Source: an uncultured delta proteobacterium | GTDB lineage: Bacteria > Myxococcota_A > Polyangia > Polyangiales > Polyangiaceae | Assembly (NCBI GenBank): GCA_903906315.1 | Contig: CAIVJW010000245.1 | Span: 1-61,469 of the forward strand | Direction: 5' to 3' | DNA: 61,469 bases | Shown: positions 8,183 through 17,701 of the stretch, in pieces | Layout of the letters: every line of letters begins with the position of its first letter | Position numbering within the stretch: position 1 is the stretch's first letter | Position numbers and translations under genes: made by a program | Notes under the pieces: generated by a model | What the model was told of the DNA's origin: nothing | Seen by the model: only the letters and a program-made list of their open reading frames with translations | Databases searched by the model: none

Positions 8183-9931
8183 ATGAATCGGTCTGCCGCC
8201 CTGCTCCTCCTCCTCACCGCGTGTGGATCCTCCTCGAGCGCCCCCTCGACGTCCTCCGAGGGCACCACGACGACGGGGAGCCTCGACGCGGGCGCGGGCG
8301 GCGGCGGCGCGACCGGCAGCGGCGGGTCGGGCGGCTCCACCGGCGCCGGCGGCGGAGGCGGCAGCGCGGACGCCGGGGCGGACGCCTCGCCCGCCGACAG
8401 CGGCGGCGACGGCGGCGAGCCCCTGGCGACGGGCTGCGCCGCGCCGATCGCGCTGGCCGTGCCCGGCGCCGACGCCACGGTGGTCGGCGACGGCACGCCC
8501 GCGAGCTGCACCTTCGCGGCGCTCGGGGCCGCCCTCGCCAAGGGCGGCTTCATCGCGTTCTCGTGCGGCGCAGCGCCCATCACGGTCGCGGTCCCGACGA
8601 CGCTCGAGCTGCCGACCGACCGCGACACGGTGCTCGACGGCGGCGGGCTCGTGACGCTCGACGGCGGCGGCACGACGCGCATCCTCGCGTGGAACCACCC
8701 CGACTACCGCAAGAACACGCACGTCCTGACGCTCCAGCGGCTGACGCTCCAGCACGGTCGCTCCGCCGGCAAGGAGCTTGTCCCGGCGCACCCCGCGCCG
8801 TGCTCGTCGGGCTTCGTCGACGGCGCCGGCGGCGCGATCTACATGCGCGACGGCAACCTGCGCGTCTTCGAGTGCACGTTCCTCGACAACCACGCCGAGG
8901 AGCTCGGCCCCGACGTCGGCGGAGGCGCGATCTACGTCGCTGGGTCGCAGAAGACCACGGTCTTCCGCAGCACGTTCAAGGGCAATGGCGCGAGCAACGG
9001 CGGCGCCGTCGGCATGCTGAACAGTGACCTCGAGGTCGTCGACTCGGCCTTCGAGGGCAACACGGCGACCGGGCACGGCGCCAACAGCGTCGACGCCGCG
9101 AAGTGCCCCTTCGAGAACAACCAGGTCGGGTCCGGGGGCAACGGCGGCGCGATCGCGATCGACGGCGGATCCGACGGCCCGGCGCTCTTCTGCGGCGTCA
9201 CGTTCGTCGGCAACCACGGCGGGATCGAGGCGCTCGGCGGCGCGCTGTTCCGCACGCCCGACCTCGCCAAGCAGACCACGACCCTCGATCGCTGCCTCTT
9301 CGACGGCAACCAGGCCGACGGCGCCGGCGGCGCGTACTTCCACAACTCGACGCTGATCGTCCGCGACACGACGTTCAGCAACCAGACCGCCAACGGCTTC
9401 GGCGCCCTGCAGAGCGACGGCAGCACCTTCGACTTCGTGAACGTCACCTTCTCGGGCAACGTCTCGCACAAGGCGCCGGGGGCGACGGTGGCCGCCTTCG
9501 GCGTCGACGGGAGGCTCCTCAATTGCACGTTCGCCGACGGCACGTGCGAGGGAGGCGACATGTTCGGCGCCGCCATCTTCGGCAGCCCGACGCTCACCAT
9601 CGACAGCTCGCTGTTCGTGAACAACACCGGGCAGAACCCGGGCGCGCCGATGCAATGCGTGGTCGGCGCGGGCACGACCGGGACTGGCAACCTGCAGTTT
9701 CCGAAGCAGAACCTGAAGGGCAACGACGACGCCCCCTGCGCGCCCGCCATCACGTTCGCCGACCCGGATCTCGGCGGCCTCGGGCATCACGGCGGGCCGG
9801 TGCCGACGCGGCTGGTGTCGGCGGGCAGCCCGGCGCTCGGCGCGGGGCAGGTGTGCGCCGCGACGGACGCGCGCGGCAAGCCCCGACCCGCGACCGGGTG
9901 CACGGCCGGCGCCACCGAAGGCAGCCCGTGA
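8183..9931 (+). CDS. Lipoprotein with right-handed parallel beta-helix (PbH1/pectate-lyase-like) repeats
   Basis: Signal MNRSAALLLLLTACGSS. Gly/Ser-rich linker. Repeated ...GGAIY..., ...GNxAxxGGAV..., NxTFSGN beta-helix rungs. The long 5' extension of the ORF (7259-8182) overlaps the MBL gene and is junk. Confidence 0.8.
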   Translation: MNRSAALLLLLTACGSSSSAPSTSSEGTTTTGSLDAGAGGGGATGSGGSGGSTGAGGGGGSADAGADASPADSGGDGGEPLATGCAAPIALAVPGADATVVGDGTPASCTFAALGAALAKGGFIAFSCGAAPITVAVPTTLELPTDRDTVLDGGGLVTLDGGGTTRILAWNHPDYRKNTHVLTLQRLTLQHGRSAGKELVPAHPAPCSSGFVDGAGGAIYMRDGNLRVFECTFLDNHAEELGPDVGGGAIYVAGSQKTTVFRSTFKGNGASNGGAVGMLNSDLEVVDSAFEGNTATGHGANSVDAAKCPFENNQVGSGGNGGAIAIDGGSDGPALFCGVTFVGNHGGIEALGGALFRTPDLAKQTTTLDRCLFDGNQADGAGGAYFHNSTLIVRDTTFSNQTANGFGALQSDGSTFDFVNVTFSGNVSHKAPGATVAAFGVDGRLLNCTFADGTCEGGDMFGAAIFGSPTLTIDSSLFVNNTGQNPGAPMQCVVGAGTTGTGNLQFPKQNLKGNDDAPCAPAITFADPDLGGLGHHGGPVPTRLVSAGSPALGAGQVCAATDARGKPRPATGCTAGATEGSP

Positions 9932-11841
9932 CGGCGCGCGCCTCGATCCGCCGACTGGCGATCGCGATCGCTTGCGCCGCGGCGCTCGCGCCGGGGAGCG
10001 CGCACGCGGTCGTCGAGCAGATGGACGGTACCGTGGTCCCCACGCAAGTCGGCGGCGGCACCTGCCCCGGCGTGATGAATAGCTGCGTCCAGACCGCGCT
10101 CAACGTCGGCGAGGGCCTCGCGGCGAACGCCCCGAACAACCCGCTCAAGGCGGTGTTCGACGCGCGCACGTCCCCGGAGATCTTCACGATCCCGAAGAAG
10201 AACGGCGTCTACGGCGCGCTCGTCGTCGACGACCTGCAGGAGGGCGCCGGCTACGAGAGCGCGTTCGGCTGGTACAACGTCGACGACCCCGCGTCGCTCT
10301 ACTCGATCACGCCGTGCACCGACGAGCCGGGCTCCTCGCGGGTCGTCGACTTCCAGGTGGAGCTCACCCTCGGCCACTACCTCGGCGGGTACATCGGCTT
10401 CTTCCTGGTCACGCCGGAGGGCGCGCCGGGCGGCGCGTGCGCCTCGCCCGCCAACATCGGCCACGCCTACTACACGGAGCAGGCGCGCAACGGCGACGGC
10501 AACTACGTCCACTACCTCGTCTACCACTCGAAGAAGGACCCGCTGGCGTACTACTTCGGCTTCGAGGATCTCTATCGCGGCGGAGACAACGACTTCGACG
10601 ACATGTTCCTGAAGGTGAAGGGGCTCGTCGCGCCGTGCGAGCCCTCGCCCGAGATCTGCAATGGCATGGACGACAACTGCGACGGTCTCGCCGACAACGC
10701 GCCCATCGACGCGGGCGGTCCGTGCGGCACCTCGGACCTCGGCGAGTGCCAGCTCGGCCTCGTGACGTGCCAGGCGGGAGTGCTCGCGTGCGTCGGCGAG
10801 AAGGGCCCGTCGAGCGAGATCTGCAATGGTCTCGACGACGACTGCGACGGCACCGTCGACGACGCCCCCGCCGACGTGGGCGTCGCGTGCGGCGTCGCGA
10901 TCGGCCTGTGTTCGCCCGGCACGAGCAGCTGCGCCGGCGGCGTCCTGCTCTGCACGGGAGCGAAGGGCCCCGCGTTCGAGGTCTGCAATGGCCTCGACGA
11001 CGACTGCGACGGCACCGTCGACGACGCGCCGGTCGACGCCGGCGGCCCGTGCGGGAGCAACGTCGGGGCGTGCAAGCCTGGCAAGCTCGCCTGCAGCGGC
11101 GCGAAGCTCGCCTGCGCCGGAGGCGTCGGGCCCGCGCCGGAGACGTGCAATGGCGCCGACGACGACTGCAATGGAGCGATCGACGACGGCGACCCCGAAG
11201 GCGGTGGCCCCTGCGGGTCGAGCGAGGGCGTGTGCAAGCAGGGCGCCCTGCACTGCCTCGGCGGGTCGCTCGTCTGCGTCGGCGGCTCGCCCCCGAGCGT
11301 CGAGGTCTGCAACGGGCTCGACGACGACTGCGACGGGAAGGCCGACGACGGCGCGACCTGCCCCGACGGCGCGACGTGCGTGTCCGGCGCGTGCTCGGTG
11401 AAGTGCAGCAAGGGCGAGTTCGCCTGCCCCGGCGCGCAGATCTGCGTCGACGGCTGGTGCCTGCCCGACCCCTGCGGCGACGTCACCTGCCCTGTCGGGC
11501 AAGTCTGCCAGGGGGGCGACTGCGTCCCAGGGCACGGCGGCGCGGGCGGAAGCGGCGGCGCGGGCGGGCACGGCGGAGGCCCGGCGACCGGAGGCGCAGG
11601 CGGCGCGGGCGGCGAGGGCGGCGAGGGCTCCGGCGGCGCCTCGAGCCCCTCGACCACCGGGTCGACCCCCGCATCCGCGCCCCGCCGCACGCCGATCGTG
11701 ACCCCGGAGGGCGGCGGAGTGGGCTGCTCGACCACGCCGAACAGTCCAATCCAGGACGCGGTCGGGATCGCGATCGCGGCGCTGGCGATCGCCGGCGGCG
11801 CGCGGCGGCGCGGGGCTCGCCGAAGGGCGAAGGCGTCGTGA
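9928..11841 (+). CDS. Secreted DUF4114-like domain protein with MopE-type putative metal-binding Cys repeats and MYXO-CTERM sorting signal
   Basis: GTG start overlapping the upstream stop (GTGA). Signal peptide ...AAALAPGSAHA. DNDFDDMFLKV motif. Six or more repeats EICNGxDDDCDG..D...GxPCG. C-terminus GCSTTPNSP...AIAALAIAGGARRRGARRR (GC-TM-RRR = MYXO-CTERM). Confidence 0.75.
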   Translation: MTARASIRRLAIAIACAAALAPGSAHAVVEQMDGTVVPTQVGGGTCPGVMNSCVQTALNVGEGLAANAPNNPLKAVFDARTSPEIFTIPKKNGVYGALVVDDLQEGAGYESAFGWYNVDDPASLYSITPCTDEPGSSRVVDFQVELTLGHYLGGYIGFFLVTPEGAPGGACASPANIGHAYYTEQARNGDGNYVHYLVYHSKKDPLAYYFGFEDLYRGGDNDFDDMFLKVKGLVAPCEPSPEICNGMDDNCDGLADNAPIDAGGPCGTSDLGECQLGLVTCQAGVLACVGEKGPSSEICNGLDDDCDGTVDDAPADVGVACGVAIGLCSPGTSSCAGGVLLCTGAKGPAFEVCNGLDDDCDGTVDDAPVDAGGPCGSNVGACKPGKLACSGAKLACAGGVGPAPETCNGADDDCNGAIDDGDPEGGGPCGSSEGVCKQGALHCLGGSLVCVGGSPPSVEVCNGLDDDCDGKADDGATCPDGATCVSGACSVKCSKGEFACPGAQICVDGWCLPDPCGDVTCPVGQVCQGGDCVPGHGGAGGSGGAGGHGGGPATGGAGGAGGEGGEGSGGASSPSTTGSTPASAPRRTPIVTPEGGGVGCSTTPNSPIQDAVGIAIAALAIAGGARRRGARRRAKAS

Positions 11842-14303
11842 GGCGGACCTGCGGGACGACGATCGGGCTCGCGGCCGCCTTCGCCGCGCTGCTCGCGCAC
11901 GCCGGCTGCGCGACGAACGCGGCCTGCGAGGGCTGCGACGGCGCCGGCGAGGGCGGGTCGGGCGGTCAGGCCGGCAGCGGGGGCAGCGGAGGGCACCTCG
12001 ACGCCGGCACCGGCGCGGGCGGCGAACAAGCCATCACGACGGGCTGCGACGCCGACACGAAGACCGACCCGAAGAACTGCGGCGAGTGCGGCCAGGTCTG
12101 CCAGATCCCCAATGCGTTCCCGTCGTGCTCGGACGGCCACTGCGGGATCGCGTCGTGCGCGCCGGCCTTCCTCGACCGCGACGGCGTCGTCGCCAATGGC
12201 TGCGAGTACCCGTGCGCGACCTCGAACGGCGGGGTCGAGGCGTGCGACGGCCTGGACAACGACTGCAACGGCGAGGTCGACGAGCTGACGGACAAGTCCT
12301 CCGACGCCGCGCACTGCGGCGCCTGCGGCCACGTCTGCCAGTACTCGAACGCGACCGGGCTATGCGCGGGCGGGGTGTGCGCGATGGGCCCGTGCTTCGT
12401 GGGCTTCAGCGACCTCGACGGCAGCGACGCCGACGGCTGCGAGTACGCCTGCACGCCGACGAACGGCGGCGTCGAGGTCTGCGACAACACCGACAACGAC
12501 TGCGACGCGGAGCTCGACGAGGGCTTCGACACCTCGTCCGATCCGCAGAACTGCGGCACCTGCGGCAACGATTGCTCGGTCTTCTTCCCGCACACGACGC
12601 CCGTCTGCGCGGCCGGCCTCTGCCAGCTCGGCCCGTGCGTGCCCGGCTTCCTCGACGCCGACGGGATCGCCGCGAACGGCTGCGAGTACGGCTGCGCCCC
12701 CACGAACGGCGGCGTCGAGATCTGCGACGGGCTCGACAACGACTGCAATGGTGCGCCCGACGACGGCGCGCTGCCGGGCGTCGGCGAGGTCTGCGGCGGA
12801 TCGAGCGTCGGCGTCTGCAAGCAGGGAATCGGCCAGTGCGCGGCCGGATCGATGGCCTGCGTCGGCGGCGTCGAGCCGGGCGCGGAGATCTGCGACACCC
12901 TCGACAACGACTGCGACGGCCAGGACGACGAGGGCTGCCCCGTGGTCGCCGTGACCGACACGCGCCTCGATCGCGGCGCCGGATCGAACGTCGGACAGGC
13001 GCCCTCGACGCAGCTCTCCGTCGCGGCGCGCGGCGACCTGATCGTCGCGGCGTACCTCGATCGTCGGGCCGGCAACGCCGACATCCGCGCGAGCGTGTCG
13101 CAGGATGGCGGCCTCACCTGGCCCGGCGCGGCCGACCTCGGCGTCGCGACGGCGGCCCTCGGCGAGGTCGATCCCTCGGTCGCCGTCGGCCTCGCGGGCG
13201 CCTACGTCGCGTACGCGTACTTCACCGGGCCGAGCAACCGGGACGTGTACCTCGGCCGCGCCGAGCCCCCCTTCTCGTCGTTCGCGGTGGCGCGAGCCGA
13301 CAAGGACCCCATCGGCACCGACGCCTTCTTCGTCCGAGCGGTCGTCGCGAAGCCCGGCGCCCCCGACGCCCTCGTCGTCGTCTGGGAGAGCCTCATCGCG
13401 AGCGGCGGCACGACCATCACCGACGTGTGGCTGCAGGCCTCGCTCGACGGCGGCCTCACCTGGCGGCCCAAGGACCTCCAGGTCAACGCGGTGACCGGCT
13501 TCGCCGAGCAGCCGGTCCTCGCGACCGACGACGCCGGACGCGCGTTCGTCGCGTGGCGCGATCGGCGTTCGGGCAAGTGGGCGGTCTACGCCGACGTGTT
13601 CGACGTCGCCACGGGCAAGCTCGGCGGCAACCACGCGGTGTCGGGCGGGCAGGCCGCCCAGGAGATCGCCATCGCGGCCGACGCGGGCGGGCCGAACGTC
13701 TACGTCGCGTGGACCGATCTCCGCGCCGCGACGCGCGCGATCCGCCTGAATCGCAGCACGAACGGCGGCTCGAGCTACCAGCCCGACGGGCAGGTCGTGA
13801 ACGTGGACTCGACCTTCGCGGACGCGAGCGCGCCCGCCCTCGCGTCGCGCGCGGGCTTCGTCGCCGTCGCGTGGGAGGACACGCGGAGCGGCCTCTCGGA
13901 CGTGCGCGTCAACACGTCCATGGACGCGGGCGCGACGTGGAGGGCCGCCTCGAGCCTCGCCGATCGCGGCGGCAAGCCGGGCGCGAACGGCGCCACGGGG
14001 CCGAGGATCGCGCTCGGCGCGAGCGACCGCGTCCTCGTCGCATGGGAGGACGCGCGCAGCGGTCAGCGCGACATCTACGCGAACCACTCGGCGGACCACG
14101 GCGCCACCTTCCAGCCGCTCGAGCTGCGCCTCGACGTCGGCGCGTTCGGCGCCCCGTCCCCGGCGGGCTTCGCCGACTCGCGGTCGCCCTTCCTCGTGAC
14201 GGACGCGAGCGGCGCGCGCGGCGTCGCCGTCTGGCTCGACTACCGGACGGTCGGCGGCATCACCGGCGCGAACGCCGACGTGTACGCGAACACCTTTCAG
14301 TGA
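11838..14303 (+). CDS. Secreted protein with MopE-type Cys repeats and BNR/Asp-box (sialidase-like beta-propeller) repeats
   Basis: GTG start overlapping the upstream stop (GTGA). Signal ...LAAAFAALLAHAGC. Repeats CDGLDNDCNGEVDE. Five or more Asp-box motifs (SQDGGLTW, SLDGGLTW, STNGGSSY, SMDAGATW, SADHGATF). Confidence 0.75.
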   Translation: MRRTCGTTIGLAAAFAALLAHAGCATNAACEGCDGAGEGGSGGQAGSGGSGGHLDAGTGAGGEQAITTGCDADTKTDPKNCGECGQVCQIPNAFPSCSDGHCGIASCAPAFLDRDGVVANGCEYPCATSNGGVEACDGLDNDCNGEVDELTDKSSDAAHCGACGHVCQYSNATGLCAGGVCAMGPCFVGFSDLDGSDADGCEYACTPTNGGVEVCDNTDNDCDAELDEGFDTSSDPQNCGTCGNDCSVFFPHTTPVCAAGLCQLGPCVPGFLDADGIAANGCEYGCAPTNGGVEICDGLDNDCNGAPDDGALPGVGEVCGGSSVGVCKQGIGQCAAGSMACVGGVEPGAEICDTLDNDCDGQDDEGCPVVAVTDTRLDRGAGSNVGQAPSTQLSVAARGDLIVAAYLDRRAGNADIRASVSQDGGLTWPGAADLGVATAALGEVDPSVAVGLAGAYVAYAYFTGPSNRDVYLGRAEPPFSSFAVARADKDPIGTDAFFVRAVVAKPGAPDALVVVWESLIASGGTTITDVWLQASLDGGLTWRPKDLQVNAVTGFAEQPVLATDDAGRAFVAWRDRRSGKWAVYADVFDVATGKLGGNHAVSGGQAAQEIAIAADAGGPNVYVAWTDLRAATRAIRLNRSTNGGSSYQPDGQVVNVDSTFADASAPALASRAGFVAVAWEDTRSGLSDVRVNTSMDAGATWRAASSLADRGGKPGANGATGPRIALGASDRVLVAWEDARSGQRDIYANHSADHGATFQPLELRLDVGAFGAPSPAGFADSRSPFLVTDASGARGVAVWLDYRTVGGITGANADVYANTFQ

Positions 14304-14456
14304 GGGCAGGCCGGCCCTCCGCGTGGGTCACGCCGCAGGAAGTCGAACGCGCGGTCGACTGGGGCGGCCATCGGCGCGAGGTCGTAGCGAGCGATCCCCT
14401 GCCCTCCCGGCGCCGCAGGTGTCCAGGCGGCTAGCGCGGCCGGGTCGAACCGAGGG

Positions 14457-15161
14457 TCAACCTCTGCCGCGGCCGAGGCGGAGGGGCACCGGGGCGCGGC
14501 CCGCCTCGACCTCGATCACCGCCGCGATCGCCGCCGGCCAGTACCCGTCGGGTGCGGCGACGAGCTCCTCGGCGCGGACGTCGGCCTCGTCGACGGCGCG
14601 CGTCCGCGCGTCGAGCCTGCGCGCGCGGGCCACCGGAATCCGGCCCGACAGCAGCTCGGCGGCGTCCGCCGGCGCGAGCGCGACGACGGCGTCGACCTCG
14701 ACCGGGTCGGGGCGGAGCGACGCGAACGACGCCTCGACGACCGCCGCGAAGACCTCCTGAATCTCGCGGTCGACGACGCCCGCCCGCGAGGCGTCCACGC
14801 GAAAGCGCACCCCGAGGCGCACGACGTCCTCGGGGCCGAGGGCGATCCCGATCTCCTCCTCGGACTCGCGCAACGCGTCCTCGATCCGCTCGCCGGCGCG
14901 CAGGTGCCCGGCGACGGCGACGTCGATCGCGCCGGGCCAGGTGTCCTTCGCGAGGCTGCGGCGCTGGAGGATCACGCGCACGCCGATCGCGGGGTCGCGC
15001 AGGACGACCCACACGTGCACGCTCCGGTGCCAGTCGCCGTCGCGATGGACGAGCGGGCGCGCCTTCGCGCGGCCGGTCGGGCGCCCCTCGGCGTCGCAGA
15101 GGTCGAAGAGCTCGCCGTCGTCCTGCGCGCCCACGCCGATCCCTACGGCTTGCACGAGCAC
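14457..15161 (-). CDS. NUDIX hydrolase
   Basis: Nudix box GHLRAGERIEDALRESEEEIGI. Start ambiguous (in-frame GTG at 15161, 15155 or 15134); the ATG at 15389 would overlap the upstream gene by about 250 nt and encodes Arg-rich junk. Confidence 0.7.
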   Translation of the reverse strand: MLVQAVGIGVGAQDDGELFDLCDAEGRPTGRAKARPLVHRDGDWHRSVHVWVVLRDPAIGVRVILQRRSLAKDTWPGAIDVAVAGHLRAGERIEDALRESEEEIGIALGPEDVVRLGVRFRVDASRAGVVDREIQEVFAAVVEASFASLRPDPVEVDAVVALAPADAAELLSGRIPVARARRLDARTRAVDEADVRAEELVAAPDGYWPAAIAAVIEVEAGRAPVPLRLGRGRG

Positions 15162-16612
15162 GTCAGCACAGCGCACGCGTCCGCCTGCGTCTGGCAAGCC
15201 GCCGACGCGACGTGCCCTGCTGCGAACACCACGTCCAGCGCGCCGGGCGCGCACGAGGTGCCCGTCAGGGCCTTGCAGCCGGGCAGATCGCTCAGGCAGT
15301 TCGTGCAGTCGCTCGCGCTCTTGCAGCACTCGGCAGTCGCGGTCGCGACCTTCGAATCGCAGCCTCCGCAATGCCAGGTGGTCGGGCACGGATCACAGGG
15401 GCCACCGCAATCGACCCCCACCTCTTCGCCGCCCTTCACGCCATCGTGACACCCACACTTCCCGGCGCCGTTGCACGTGTCGGTCCACGGAGCGTCGCAC
15501 TCCTTGTCCGCGTCGTCGCCGGCCTTCACGGGCGCGCACGTGCCGCTCGCGACGCCGGTGCGACCCGCTTCGCAGGCCAGGCACGCGCCCAGGCACGCGG
15601 CATCGCAGCAGAGCCCGTCCACGCAGTGCGACGACGTGCACTCGTCGCCGCCGCCGCAGCCGCCCCCGAGGGCGACCTTCGGAGCGCAGCCGCCCGGAGC
15701 ACAGTAGTGCCCCGCCGCGCACTGCGTCTTGCACGCGCCCTGCTGACACTTCCCGCAAGGGCTCGCCGCGCAGGCCGCGCCGTTCTTCGCCGGCGGGTGG
15801 ACGGTCCCGCCGCCGTTCGGATCACAGACGTCCTTCGTGCACACGTTGCCGTCGTCGTCGGGCGGCTTCGGCGCCCACATCGGGTTGCCGCCCGAGCAGT
15901 ACCCGAGGTGGCAGGCGTCCTGATTCGGCGGCGCGTCGCCGTCGTCGACCCCGACGCTCACGCCCCCCTTGCCGTCGCAGGTGCTCCCGAGGCAGTCGCC
16001 GTCGGTCGGGTCCGCGATCACCGACCCCGCCGGCGCGAACGTCGGACCGCAGGTGTGGTCGTCAGCGCAGTGCCAGGCCATGCACGCGCTGGGCTGGCCG
16101 CACTCCGCGTCGGCGTTGCAGCCGGTGCACACGCCCGAGGTGTTGCACGTGAGCTTGCCGCCCGGGCCGCACGGCGATCCGCCCGCGACGGCCTGATTGA
16201 CCGGCAGTCCGTCGACACACGCGTCGACCGTGCAATCGTTCTGGTCCTCGTGGACGTCGAGCGCGTCAGTCCGCGTGAACGCGACGCCCTTCCCATCGCA
16301 GACGACGATCGCGCAGTCCCCGGACGCCTGCGCGGCGACGGCCGTGCCGGGGGGCTCGGCCTGGAACGCGCACAGGCCGCCCTTGCACGCCCGGTGGCCG
16401 CACTCGCCATCGGCGCCGGCGCAGTCGGCCGGCTGCACGCACCCGGCGCTGCCGCCCCCGCCGCTGCCCGGCCCCGCCCCGCCCGTCGCCTGGAAGGGCC
16501 GGTCGAAGTCGGCGCCGATGACGTCGGCGCAGCCCCACGGCAACGCCGCGAGCGCCGCGAGCACCGCGAGCAGCGCCGACGGGCCACCGCCGATCGACCG
16601 GCGCGCGCGCAT
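15143..16612 (-). CDS. Secreted Cys-rich lipoprotein (hypothetical, >60 Cys)
   Basis: Signal MRARRSIGGGPSALLAVLAALAALPWGC. Extremely Cys-rich repetitive extracellular-type sequence. ATG shares one base with the stop of the upstream PEGA gene (TGATG). Confidence 0.75.
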   Translation of the reverse strand: MRARRSIGGGPSALLAVLAALAALPWGCADVIGADFDRPFQATGGAGPGSGGGGSAGCVQPADCAGADGECGHRACKGGLCAFQAEPPGTAVAAQASGDCAIVVCDGKGVAFTRTDALDVHEDQNDCTVDACVDGLPVNQAVAGGSPCGPGGKLTCNTSGVCTGCNADAECGQPSACMAWHCADDHTCGPTFAPAGSVIADPTDGDCLGSTCDGKGGVSVGVDDGDAPPNQDACHLGYCSGGNPMWAPKPPDDDGNVCTKDVCDPNGGGTVHPPAKNGAACAASPCGKCQQGACKTQCAAGHYCAPGGCAPKVALGGGCGGGDECTSSHCVDGLCCDAACLGACLACEAGRTGVASGTCAPVKAGDDADKECDAPWTDTCNGAGKCGCHDGVKGGEEVGVDCGGPCDPCPTTWHCGGCDSKVATATAECCKSASDCTNCLSDLPGCKALTGTSCAPGALDVVFAAGHVASAACQTQADACAVLTCSCKP

Positions 16613-17574
16613 CAGAAAGTGCTCCGCATCAGGACGAAGCTACCACCTGGGACGGGCCCACCGGTCCACGTCGTCGAGGTCGGCTTGCCCTTCGATCCGC
16701 CCACGAGGACGAGCACGAGGCCGGTCGCCGCGAGCGCCGCGCCCCCGACGAACGTGATCGTGCTCGCGGTCGAGAGCGCCTTGCCCGCGGTGGCCGCCTC
16801 GCGCGAGGCGTCGTTGCAGGTCGGCGTGCAGTTGTCGTCGACGAGGTGCTTCTTGTCGAGCGTGAGCGCGCCCGTGACGAGCCCGACCGCGAGGCCGGCG
16901 ACGCCGATCCCGCCGACCGCCCACCCGGCCGCGCGCAGCCCGGCACCGGGCCTCGACGGGCCCGGGTCGTCTTGGGGACGGGCGGCCCCCGGCTCGAACG
17001 GGCCGACCTCGAGCGAGATCGGACGGCGCTCCCCCTCCTCGAGCGTGAAGGCGCGCTCGACCTCCACGTGCCCTGGCGCGGTCACGACGATCACGTGTCG
17101 GCCGGGATCGAGCGGGTGGTCGCCCTCGACCTCGCCGCGAGCGAGCGGAGCGCCGTCGAGATCGACCCGCGCGGCCGCGGGAACCTCGGGGTCGATCCGC
17201 AGCGTCACGCGCGGGATCCGGCGCCGCACCCCGGCGAGGCGCTCCCGAGCGACGGCGACGCGCACGTCGGACGCCGGCAGGAGCGCGATGCCCTGCTGCC
17301 ACCGCGCGATGGCCGAGGTGAGCCGCCGCTGCCGCTCGTCGCAGTCGGCGAGGTTCAGGACCGTGCTCGCGCGGCGCACGAGCCGCAGGCTCGCCTCGAG
17401 ACGCGCGCAGCCGCCGGCCACGTCCCCGCGCTCGATCAGCCCGCGCCCCTCGCGAAACATCGCCTCGGCCTTCCGGTCGGCGCCCGGGTCGGCGTGCGCG
17501 GCCGGCGCCGGGCCCAGCGCGACCGCGAGGCCTATCGCGGAGCCGAGGAGCCCTCGCGCTCGAGCCGTGCCCAT
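16612..17574 (-). CDS. PEGA domain-containing membrane-anchored protein
   Basis: Start MGTARARGLLGSAIGLAVALGPAPAAHA (signal). PEGA-like region RVTLRIDPEVPAAARVDLDG...HVIVVTAPGHV. TM helix AAGWAVGGIGVAGLAVGLVTGAL. The upstream part of ORF 16612..18174 is junk. Confidence 0.7.
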   Translation of the reverse strand: MGTARARGLLGSAIGLAVALGPAPAAHADPGADRKAEAMFREGRGLIERGDVAGGCARLEASLRLVRRASTVLNLADCDERQRRLTSAIARWQQGIALLPASDVRVAVARERLAGVRRRIPRVTLRIDPEVPAAARVDLDGAPLARGEVEGDHPLDPGRHVIVVTAPGHVEVERAFTLEEGERRPISLEVGPFEPGAARPQDDPGPSRPGAGLRAAGWAVGGIGVAGLAVGLVTGALTLDKKHLVDDNCTPTCNDASREAATAGKALSTASTITFVGGAALAATGLVLVLVGGSKGKPTSTTWTGGPVPGGSFVLMRSTF

Positions 17575-17701
17575 TTCCGGCGAACTGCCCGCGGTCATCC
17601 GACGCCCCAGTCTACGCGCGAAGCGCCTGCCCAGACCATCCGGCTCCGTCAAGGTCGACAATGGGCGTGCATGACGCCCGCAATGCACGATACTCGGGCC
17701 C

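Noticed and set aside
15161-15389. ATG at 15389 as NUDIX start
   Set aside because: It would overlap the upstream Cys-rich lipoprotein gene by about 250 nt and add an Arg-rich non-homologous extension. In-frame GTGs at 15161, 15155 and 15134 sit at the gene junction.
14552-17674. 1040-aa plus-strand ORF
   Set aside because: Arg/Pro/Ser-rich and domain-free; antisense to the NUDIX, Cys-rich lipoprotein and PEGA genes, which have clear signal peptides and motifs.
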